Source: the human T2T-CHM13v2.0 reference genome, Homo sapiens
Direction: 5' to 3' (one strand)
Length of the DNA: 64,000 nt
Assembly: GCF_009914755.1 (NCBI RefSeq)
Contig: NC_060937.1
A program made the translations under genes and the position numbers. This document shows, piece by piece, positions 26,124 through 37,149 of this stretch (the first letter of the stretch is position 1; each line of letters opens with the position of its first letter). The notes under the pieces were generated by a model. The model was not told the origin of the DNA, searched no databases, and worked only from the letters and a program-made list of their open reading frames with translations.

Positions 26124-26771
26124 TCAGCTGAAGAAGAAACACTGCCTGTTGGCCCAACTTGATTCTTACATAGTTTCTTCTCTGGATGGTATGATATAAA
26201 AGTCAAACCACAGAGGTTCTAAGTTAACAGAGAAAATGGTGAAGGGGACCAAAAATAAAGAGAAATGATTATTATTGTTATTATTTTGAAGTGAATAGGA
26301 ATAGGAGTTTTCTCTGGGCTAGCATGACAGCATTCGGGGGATGGAGCTGGCCTCCTGGTATCTTGCTGCAATATCAGAATGGTGGGGAACCCTTGCCCTG
26401 ACAGCATCGCAGACTGTCAGTGATCCATCACTGTTTATCATACTCACATTAAATTATGCTTGGCGTGTACTATAAGTCTGGAAACCCTGCCAGATTCGGT
26501 CTCTGGCTGCAACGTGGCTGCCTCTGACTAAGGAGGCTTGATGGGTATTTTATCATCTTTTTAGAGATGGACGTCGCTTGGGCCTTCTTAGGTAATGCGA
26601 GGTATGGTGTTTCCATGAGACCAGAGTAGCTCTCAAGGTGTGATATTTTTCTAGGGGAAGAGCTCTGGGAAAGGGGCTCATGTATTTTTGGCCCTAGACC
26701 TGACTTTTTTTAGCTGGCGAATGTGATAAACAGGCTGAATCCTAACTTTCTGTTGGCTGCCCTGATTCTGC

Positions 26772-26782
26772 GCTGACTCAGC
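26772..26782. promoter_or_regulatory. T-MARE/ARE/AP-1-type motif GCTGACTCAGC
   Basis: Pseudo-palindromic GCTGA(C/G)TCAGC in non-repeat sequence; motif match only. Confidence 0.35.
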
Positions 26783-28065
26783 TTTCTTTGTGGCTTCCTG
26801 CCAATGCATGTAAGGTACCATCCAAAGTCTGGGAGAAGATGCTCAGTCATCTTTTTATTGTTTCTAGAGAAATGTCCTTAGTGAACAAATAGCCCTGATT
26901 GACAGCCATAAAATAAGAGAATTATATCATATAATGTCTACGGTGCTTTCCAGTGTGTGCATTTTTAAACTTTGAAATTTCCAGTTAAATTGAGAGGGAG
27001 AGATGCTTCATAGCCCCACAAGAGGTGGAGAGGGGGAACCTTAAAGTATTTCCTGAGCTGAAGTTTCCAATGAAGCAGAAGCATGTTGTAAGTCAGTATC
27101 CAGACTAGACAAGACTAAAGTGTCCACTCTCTTTATATCAGAGAGGAATCAAACTAAAACTTTTTGAGGGAAGGTTCAGATTGAGAGTTAGTCTGCTTAA
27201 TAAGGGATAAATGACCCCACCAGCTCATTAAGTGGAACCTCAGGGACTCACCCTGGAGAATGTACAAATGTGCATCTCTCTCTCCTGGACCCTGATGAGC
27301 ATAGGATAAACATGCTTAATTTGTAATATTCCTTTCTCTGCAACATAAATGACGTATCTTGGGCAGGCAAGGCTGACCCTTTGATATATTTCACCCATGG
27401 TAGGATCTTTAAAACATGAAAGTTTGTTCAGAGACCACAGCTCTAAGCCTGTAGATCATTTTGGAGAGGATGGAAGCCAGGTAGCCTTTGGCAGGGCCCC
27501 TGGCATGCTTGGTGCTGTCTTGCTTGATGAGAAATGTGTGGTTCCACCGCCGGGGGTGGGCGGGGGGATTATCCAACAATTTATTTCTACACAACAACGG
27601 CACATGAAAAAAAAAAAAAAAGGCTTGGCTCAGAATGTGAGAGCTGAAATGAACCTTCAGGGTCACCTCCATCAACCCCTCTCTCCGCAAACAAAGAACA
27701 CCAGGACCCCACACGGCTAAGTGGGTGGGTCCCGCTCCCATAGCTAATTAACGGCAGACTCAGGTATAGAAACCTGGTATCTGTAATCAAAATGGCCCTA
27801 ATTCAAAACCTGGTCGGGCCACTCAGTAAGCCATGTTCCCCTCGGTAATTTATCCAGTCCCCCCTGAGCCTCACTTTGCTCCGCCACAAAACAAGAATGA
27901 CCCTCCTTGCTTTTTAGGGCTCCTCTGCAGATTAAATTCATTAGCACCTCGAACGTTGGAAAGACACAATATTTTCTTGCCCTCCCCTCCTCTTATCAGC
28001 TTGAATCGATGCGTCATGAACTCAGTGATTTCCTCTTCGCAAGCCTGCTCTGGATGCAGTCTGGT

Positions 28066-28075
28066 GTTACATAAC
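28066..28075. promoter_or_regulatory. D-box (PAR-bZIP/NFIL3) motif GTTACATAAC
   Basis: Reverse complement GTTATGTAAC equals the RTTAYGTAAY consensus; sits at the island edge. Confidence 0.4.
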
Positions 28076-28275
28076 CGGCTGGCTGAGGACGCAGGTCCCC
28101 TGGGCGCTGCCGGCGCGCTGTGACCAGACACGCGGGCGCGGGTGGGGGGTTCCGTCCAGCAGAGGGCGGCAAAGGACGCCCGGCGCGGTCCCACGGCCCT
28201 GCGGGCGAGCAGCAAGCTACTGCGTTCCCTTCGGGAAGGCCTAATGAGCTCTTCCTGCACCGTGTTCTTTTCGGT
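28070..28275. promoter_or_regulatory. Small CpG island (candidate promoter, enhancer or insulator)
   Basis: About 23 CpGs counted in about 200 bp of GC-rich non-repeat sequence, in an otherwise CpG-depleted window. Confidence 0.8.
28153..28171 (+). promoter_or_regulatory. CTCF binding motif
   Basis: cgtCCAGCAGAGGGCGGca fits the core CCASYAGRKGGCRS with no mismatch. Confidence 0.7.
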
Positions 28276-28384
28276 AGAAGCATTTTTCCTGCCTCACTTA
28301 AGTGAGTACACAGTGTTTTGGCAACTGCCATGTGTCCATATTTTTTTTTAGTTTTTGCTTTGTTTGGTTCTGGTTTACTTGAGG

Positions 28385-28530
28385 GGCGCTCATGACATTT
28401 GCTAAGCATTTCCACGCTTATGGTCTTCTCGCAGTTTGATGTCTCCAGTGCCCCAAAAGGAGTCATTTTTATTCCCAATTTACAGATGATGACGGCGATA
28501 TTCAGATAAGTTTAGTGACGTGGCAGAAGC
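28385..28530 (-). mobile_element. MIR SINE
   Basis: tgctaagcattt...tttattcccaatttacagatga...ttagtgacgtggc, reverse MIR core. Confidence 0.65.
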
Positions 28531-28789
28531 AGATGCCCTTTCTAAACCAAGGAGGGGGCTGGGATGAGGAAGGGGAGGTATTTAATTTGACCGTTTCTGC
28601 CTCCTTCTGTCAGACATATTCGACAGGATTTATTCGGTGCTTGAGGTAAGTCAGGTACTTTTGTAAGTGCCTGGGAACATGAAATAAAAAGGAGGTGGCA
28701 AGTCTTCAATTTAATTCGAAAGACTGCATAATTTTTTTGACCTCTGAAAGTGGTTTGGGAGGAGGTAGAGGCTGGGTTTCCTGCAGTGT

Positions 28790-28903
28790 AGACAGGGTCT
28801 GTTACACCCGCTCCCTCCCAGAACTGCTGGATCCCAATCTGCAGTTTCACAAGCCCCCAGGTGACTTATCCACGCACTTTAAAGTGTGAGATGCGCAGCC
28901 CTG
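28790..28903. mobile_element. MER5A1-like fragment
   Basis: aatctgcagtttcacaagcccccaggtgactt...gcactttaaagtgtgaga. Confidence 0.6.
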
Positions 28904-29552
28904 GAGGGCACCCAGGAGCTCCATTCAAATATTTGGAAGGCCAATATTTGAAAGAATAAGTGTATTTGTTTTGTTTTGTTCTAAAAGATAGGTTTAAGTT
29001 TAATTAACATAAGCCACAAGAAAACGAGATTTCCAAATCCTGTAATGAACAGGGGATTTGGAGTCGGGCCTTCTCCTAAACCTTACTAGCTTGTTACTAG
29101 TTGCCAGGTGAGTTGAAGCTGGAGGGACTTGGCGAAACTTCTTCTCTCTGATTCTTATGACTCCTAAGATGGGAATGTTGTTCTCTAGCCCCCACTGGGT
29201 GACTGCTGTTGGCTTTTCCCCATCGAATAAGATAGGAAATTTGAAAGTTGTAATTATTAACTGCCCGGGTCAGAGATAGAGCGCTCTGCTCTGTGAGGTA
29301 GTAAGTGGCTCTTCACACATTGAGGGACAGTGCAAATGGAGGTGGGGATGTATATTTGGGGCTCTTATGAAATTCAGTATGGTTGGGGCATGTAGTGGGG
29401 ATGGAGGTGGAGGTGAAGAATGCGAGAGCTGATGGCACAATTAGGACTAGAACCCAGAAGTTCACTCATTTCATAGTTATTGTGTTAGAAGTAAGAGCAG
29501 TCCCCACAATGCCCCACCCTTAGTTTGGCTCCCCCGCTCCCCCCACCTTACA

Positions 29553-29659
29553 GACAGGGTCTTGCTCTGATGTCCTGGCTGGAGTGCAGTGGTGCCATCA
29601 TAGCTCACTGTAGCCTTGAAACCCCCCTGGGCTCAAGGTGTGAGCCACTACACCTGGCC
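29553..29659 (-). mobile_element. Internally deleted AluJ-type element
   Basis: Right-arm 3' end (gacagggtcttgctctg...gggctcaag) joined directly to the left-arm 5' end (gtgtgagccactacacctggcc). Confidence 0.8.
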
Positions 29660-29721
29660 TGACGCCTTAAAACTAATGCTAGATGACATCTGCTTAGTTG
29701 GGAGCATCACAGACCACATAC

Positions 29722-29939
29722 CAGGGGTGTCCAATCTTTTGGCTTCCCTGGGCCACACTGGAAGAGGAAGAATTGTTTTGAACTACACATAAAATACACT
29801 AACACTAACAATAGCTGACATGTTAAAAAAATAAAACAAACTCATAATGTTTTAAGAAAGTTTAAGTATTTGTGTTGGGCTGCATTCAAAGCTGTCCTGG
29901 GCCACATGCCACCCATGGGCTGCAGGTTGGAAAAGCTTG
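29722..29939 (+). mobile_element. MER30 DNA transposon
   Basis: caggggtgtccaatcttttggcttccctgggccacactggaag...ttaagaaagttta...tgcaggttggaaaagcttg. Confidence 0.9.
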
Positions 29940-31239
29940 ACCTGGATTCTTCTAGCTAATTGTGAGTATAGGAGAAGGCCGTCTGTTTACTGCTTCTGGA
30001 GCCCTCTGCGTAAGTGCAATTAGGAACGAGTGGAAACAATGAGGAGGGGAGCATAAGAATAGCTTGGTTGTGACCACTGGAACCCAAAGCAGCACTTGTC
30101 TTGTCAGCGCTGTGTTATCAATCAGGAAGGCAGCCGTGGCTTCTCCCGGGAGGCAGGCACCAAGATGAGGAAGCCTGAAGTTCTGGGCCCTGCAGAGTCC
30201 TTTCAGTGCAGGGGGGCAGAGAGAAGGAGCGTGAGGAGACCCACATGGGAGGCATGCAGGAGGCCCTCCGTGTATGTCTATGGAATGGGCCCCTCAAGGA
30301 GCCGCTAAGCAGCGGGAAACTCCACCCACTGGCTTATTCTCACCCCTGGGCTCCTCCATCCCCTCACCCTTCATAGAGCCCAAAACAAAGACAAAACTTG
30401 TGCCAGCTTCAGAAAGGTCAGTTCTGATTTAGACCTTTGGTCTGACTTGAATGGCATCTCTTAAATACTGAGTTAATTAAAGAAAGGGCACAATCTACAG
30501 AAACCCATTCTATCAAGTTCTGCCTCAGAGAACGCCCGTTAGCCTGACATAGGATGTTTCCTTAGTGTTGTCGTTGCCTGTTGTTGGGCCCTCCAGACAA
30601 GCTCAGCGCCGTAGTCGCTCCATGTTCGAGCTCTGTTTTGTAAGCCATCTAGCATTTTGCTTCCAAGGGTGGAAGGCTGGAGTGGCAGAGGAGCTGAGAA
30701 ATGTAATATCAGCCAGTGAGGAATGCAGACTGGAACCTGAACCGTCTTTGGTTTACATAGTCTTGGTTGAAATGATGTGGTCATTTATCTCGATGGATGT
30801 TTGTCCTACTCAAGACAGTTTCTTCCTAAACCAGGGCAAGACTTTCCCCCTCCCCTCCTTTCTCCACTTCTCTTCTTCCATCCCCTCAGCATTGAATCCT
30901 TCCAGTGCCCAGGAATTCCTCCAGATCCTATACGTTCCAGAAACAGGCAACCTCCTGCTCATTCAAGGAATGCTGGAATTTAATACTGTCTGTGCCACCT
31001 TTTTTTTTTGCCCTGAATGACTGAATGAGTGAATGAATGAATGAATCACATAGAAAACACCTTGTCGTTTCAACTTAATTCTGAAAATACATTCAAATGT
31101 ATTTTTGTGCTTTTTGCTGAGTTTCTACCTGAAACAGATGCCCATCCTTTTCACACCATTGGCAGTTTTGTGTGATTTTATTTTTTCCCTTCCTCAGATT
31201 TCCTGGTTACTTTTTTTTTCAAAGCATGAAGCTGTAAAA

Positions 31240-31410
31240 AGAGTGTGGGATTTGGAACTGGGCTGCCTGCATATTAGTCCCAGCCTTGCCCCCGACTCGC
31301 TGACAAACCCTGAGCACGCCACTCACCCTGTGAGCCTCAGTTTCCCCACCAGTGAACAGAGACCCAGCCAAGCTCCCGTGAGTTCTGTGAGGATGTACAA
31401 AAAAGAGCTT
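31240..31410 (+). mobile_element. MIR SINE
   Basis: agtcccagccttgcc...ctgtgagcctcagtttccccacc...tgtgaggat. Confidence 0.65.
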
Positions 31411-31432
31411 TGAAAAGGTGACATGCAGATGA

Positions 31433-31575
31433 CTCTCTTTCTTTTCTTTTCTTTTCTCTTTCTTTCTTTCTCTGTCTCTCCCTCCCCACCTCCCTCCCTT
31501 CCTCCCTCTCTCTCTTTCTCGCTCTTTCTTTCTCTTTCTCTCTCTTTCTTTCTTTCTCCTTTCTTTCTTTTCCTC
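31433..31575. repeat. Pyrimidine-rich low-complexity tract (TTTC/TC/CCT)
   Basis: About 140 bp almost entirely C/T. Confidence 0.9.
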
Positions 31576-33792
31576 TACTGTGTCATCTCCATTTGCTTTC
31601 TCTAATGTTCTTCTCTTTTCTCTCCTGAAAACTGGCATTTTAAAAACTGTTGCTGTTGCAATGAGTACTTGCCTTTTAAAAATCTTCAAGTTGCTAAGCA
31701 GCGTCAGCCCCCCCTTCCCCTTTTGTGCAGCCTGGTTGCCATAGTATCATCTGAGCATGGTAACAAGAGGCAAAGAGCAATCATTTTTCACTAAATAGGG
31801 CTGGGCAGACAGATAAACATGCTGCAGTGTTTCCTTACAACCTGTCTCGAGGAAGGGGGGATGCTGCTCTGTAGTACACAACTCTGTTGCTTTCATCAGC
31901 CGCTACCTTGGTTTCCTGTTGGCTGAGAGCGGCTCTCCTCACCTGTAGCTCCTGGCATGTCATCCCACCCCTGGCACAGCACTTCCTAAAAAAGGCTTTT
32001 GAAGGGATGCTGCTGCTACTCCCTTATTTGTAGCTATTTAGGGCTAAATGCAGACTCAGATCCTTCTCAGATAGTTGCTAAACATAGAACATTGAGTGTG
32101 AATCAGTACTGTGACTAAAGTTTCTTGTGTCGTAGCAGGTTTGGAGAAGATAATTAATAAACGTCATCGGAGTGACATCAAAGGGTGTTCTTCAAAAAAT
32201 GGAAGAGGTTAAGAGAGAGATGAAAATAAAGAACCTACTTGAAATCAAACATGTATTTGAGAAATTTAAATCCAGATTCCTGTTCTTCAGCTCACAAGGT
32301 CAGATACATGATTAGCAAGGTTATGAACTGAAGCACGGGGCAGAGTGGGAAGTTTTTCCCCTTGGTCCATGTAGGCAGGGAATGTCCACAGGTATGGGTT
32401 GACTCATTAAAATACTGAGACATTTCCCTCTGCATTGGTGCTGCTCTAGCGCACAGTGTCCTCTTAGTGCCCGGCCACCCTCACTCCAACCCCAGGACCC
32501 TAGGGGGTCCCCACAACCCACTGTCAAAGGGTTAAGGCTGGCACAGCATGGGGTTCTCCAGGAGCCTGCAATACCCCCACCCCAGCCCCTAGATCTGAGG
32601 CCAGCAACTGTTCTGGTGGGTCAGGGTCCCTGCCTTACTCCCTTGTTAAGTCTTAGGAATATCGGCTCCTAAAGCTACCCACATGTACGCCTAACCTTTT
32701 TCTAAATAAGTCCATTTTTCTTGTGGAAGCAAAATTTACTCTTCCAGATTAAGCCATCAGCGGAGTGTGCCGCCCTCTGCAGACACTCAGCCTTCTTTGG
32801 GAAGACATTCCCTTTGAACTTGGGTTGCAGGATTGAGATGAACAAGCACTGTCACCCCTACTCTCATGCTCGACTGCCCCAGGACAATGACACACAATTG
32901 CCAGGCAGCTGCTTAAAATGAGGAGCTCACTCCATGGCTTCAGGGGGCTGTGTGTGTCGATCCTCTGAGCTGATTTCCCTACATCTTAAACATGCATGGC
33001 TCAGAGGGACCTACAAAGAGGCCTTTTCAGGCAAGGGCAGGGCTATCCCCAGACTCCTTTAAACAACTTCTCCCTTAAAGCGGAACCAAGTTTCCCCTTC
33101 CATGAGTTTTCCAGGACCTTTCCTATTCTTGTGTTTAACAGTTTCTGCCCTTCTTCCTTCCTGCTGGAAGCCACGTTAGGGCTAATAAAATGTCTTGTCA
33201 GAGGAATCCTGGAACCCAGGAAGGGAGAGAAGAGATTCCGCAATCTGCACTGGCCAGGCAGGAGCCTCCGACATCAGAGACAGACGGCATCCATCCAGCG
33301 TCTCTCAGAAGGAACTGCAGCTGCCTCCCTCAGTTACCCCACCCAGGGTCTGCTGAGCCTTGCTCAAGGAAAGTGCTCTGTGATGTCTAAGGAATGCCTC
33401 GTGGAAGTCTGATTTGCTTTTGTCTAGACTTGGGAGGAAGCAGAGGTTAGCTGTCAGAGTGCCCTGTATATATGCCCTTCTGAATCCCAGCTTTCTCGAC
33501 TCACCCACCTTATTCGTCTATTTGGACTCCCTGATCAAATGAGAAAAGTTTCCCTGTCCATGTGAGTGGTACCTACCACACCCTCCTTAGCATATTGACT
33601 GGTAGGTCCCTTGTCTATAGCCTTGTCTGACTGCATAACAAAGCTGTGTTTCCCAAAAAGAACTCCTTCCCCTTTTCCAGATTCTACAAACTTCCACGCT
33701 ATCCCTAACTTGACTGTGCCTAGAAGGCCATTGGTCAGAGCTTCACAGGGCTTTGGCTGTTTTGCTGGCCAAGTTATTTTTGGATTCAGTCC

Positions 33793-34457
<665 letters not shown>

Positions 34458-35849
34458 AAGTAAACCCTTCTTCACGGGAACGTGGCTGTCCATCTTTTTT
34501 CGTGTTTTCTTCCTGTACCTTGTTTCCAACTAACATCTGTCAGGTGTGCCAATTCTTTCAGCCAGTGGTTTCCAATCTGTTTTTGGACAAAAGTCTTAAT
34601 GTTCATATAAATAAGTGAAGTACATAAATGCAACAGCAGCCTGGTTGGGAAATTGGGGAAGGTTCTGGGCCCTACACTTTCCTAGAACCAGGGAGAACAC
34701 TAGGAATCACCACTTTAGGGTATTTTCCTCCACTCATTGATGACTTGAAACAATCCCGAATTCTGTGGCGTATATGACATAGCTCTTGACCCATGATTGT
34801 TGTGTTGAACTCTTTGGCATAGTTGAAATGAACAATCTTGTGGATTTACTTGGAACCATTTGTAACACCCATTGTTTTCGGCCAGGAGGGGTTCTCAGGA
34901 GCTTCATTAATCAACATAACAATGATGACCTTATATGCACTGCAGGACAGGCAGTTACAGTGGGAGCCCTTGCTCTACCAGGACACCTAATTTAAGTGTT
35001 TGTCTACAGCTCTGAATGTTCTCTGGCTTCAGCTGTCTACCAAAAACTGAGAGCTATGAGTCACACCACTTAGCTGGCTGCAGGTTTCCAGTCCTGCTTT
35101 TTTTCTCAGTCAATACCTTTCTCTCTCTCTTGTTTTCTCTCTCTGTGTTTGGTATTATTTCATGTTAATTCAGATAGCCCTAAAAGATTTTTTAGTATAT
35201 TTCCCCTCCAACAGAGTGCTTCCATTTTTATTAATCTATATTAATGTATATGTAATATACATTACATATAATGTAAATCATAGTTTAATGGGAATGCACC
35301 ATTTAATGCATTTCTTTCATTTTGATGGGAGAAATAGCCTTGGAATTTCCTGAGGCTTCAACAATCAAGTTATTAATAGAGAAATAAAGTAAAAATTATA
35401 AAGCAGGAAGGGGGCCTATAAAGAAAGACAGAAGACAGAGTTGCAGGAAGGTTTTCCCAGTCTATGAACCCTTGATATCTCTCTGACCCATCGCTGCTTT
35501 ATGTAGGATCCAAAGATTCTTCTTGTCCCAGTTATTCAAGGCCATGTTCTTAACTCTGAGAGCAGTTGTTAACTGGGACATATCAATGTTTGGGACTGTC
35601 TTCAGGCTAAGTGTGAGTTAAGTGGCCTTTCCAGTCTCCCACGCTGTAGGGAGGTACTCACATGCAAAAGCTTAATAGGCTTTAACTTTATGCTAACAGT
35701 GTGAAGTGCTAATAGTTGGATTTCAGACATCAAACTGGTTTAGGGCATAGAATGAGGAAACAACTTCTCTAGATGGATGGCCCTTATCAGCGCCTCCAGA
35801 ATCACACCTGTAGGTCATTGTTACTTCCATTTGCATGTGTGGCCAGCTG

Positions 35850-36400
35850 TGTTGGTCCGTCAGGAATGCAGAAGACCAATCTGCCCCACATCTCCATTGT
35901 TGCTGGACTTCTCCATTTATACATCCTAACGGGCTTCACACAGAACCTATCCAAAACAGAACCACACAAGTTCAAGTTGTATTCCATGCTCCACATCTCA
36001 ATGAGCAGTTGTTACTCAAGGTTACCCAGACCACAGGTTAGTGAGTCCCATTTGGACTCCTCTCTACCTGCTCTCCATTCAGTTGTCAAGTTCTATCAAC
36101 TTCTTTTTCAATTTCCTTTCACATTTCTCTTTCTTTCTAGCTCCAATACTATTGCTCTAATTCAGGCTACTTTAATTTTTTCCTAGTCTGGAAGAATGTT
36201 TTATTCATAGGACATTTTCAATAACTATCAGTTAAATGGCTGGGCGACTATAGAAGCTTCCTTTTAACTGGCAATCCTGCCTCCCAGACAATTGTGCTAT
36301 ATGCCTTTCATTTATACCCCATGCTTTAATGAAAGTTCTAGAACATAAAGTGGATCATGTCGCTCTTGGAGGTAGTAGCACTGCACACACCATACACCCC
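35850..36400 (+). mobile_element. L2 LINE remnant
   Basis: gaacctatccaaaacagaac...tttggactcctctct...gtcaagttctatcaacttct...ttttaactgg. Confidence 0.55.
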
Positions 36401-36607
36401 ATCTTGCTTGTCTTACCCAACATGGTCTCACCTGCTCTTCAATCTGTCCTTCCAAGCACTTACGTAGCATCTGCTGCCTCCACAGGATCTACTGGACTTT
36501 GTTCCTCAGTGTTCATCCCACGCCCCAGCCTTACCAAATTCCTGTTTCAATCTGACCCATTTCTGGGAGTTATTTTAGTATCACATCTTTACCTCCACTC
36601 GGGATAT

Positions 36608-37149
36608 TGTTTTTCACTTAGGCCTTGTGCCAGATTATCTCTTTCCCCCTTTCTGTGTTCTGGATCACAGGGGCTTCGAAGCCTGGGAACTACATTTCCC
36701 AGAAGCCTCCTTCAATTCTGTGAATAGGAAGATCTTAAGTGAAATTCAGAGGTAGAAGAGAAGGAGACAGAAGTATTGTTCCTGTGGCAGCAACAGTCAG
36801 GTTTAGGGACTTTTGCAGATGGCCTGCGTGAGATTTGACCATGACTTCCAAGAGTCCTTTTGTAAATCACCTATAGGGCTGTTGCAGGCATCTGAGATCT
36901 TGATTAAAGTTTCCTGCAATTCCTGAACTTCCTGATTTCCTAAATTCTTTTTTAATATTTTTACTTTTTAATTATTAATTGACAAATTATAGTTGTAAGT
37001 TTTCTTAAATTCTAAAAGCAGCTCTTACTGACCTTTGTTCCCTTAGCCTCCCAAAGGTCTTGTGAACCTTAAACTCCCTGCATCAAATCTTTTCTGCTGG
37101 AAATATCTGCAGTGGTTTCTCCTTTCTCAACCAAACCTTGACTACCACA
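36608..37149 (+). mobile_element. LTR33-family (ERVL) solo LTR
   Basis: ggaactacatttcccagaa...; 3' end ctggaaatatctgcagtggtttct...ccttgactaccaca. Confidence 0.65.

Noticed and set aside
27871-28478. ORFs of 129 aa and 154 aa on the minus strand over the CpG island
   Set aside because: Expected by-product of GC-rich, stop-poor sequence; one runs through a MIR; no recognisable domain
29105-29113. Consensus donor CAG|GTGAGT (another at about 42410-42418)
   Set aside because: No convincing upstream acceptor or exon; isolated donor matches are frequent
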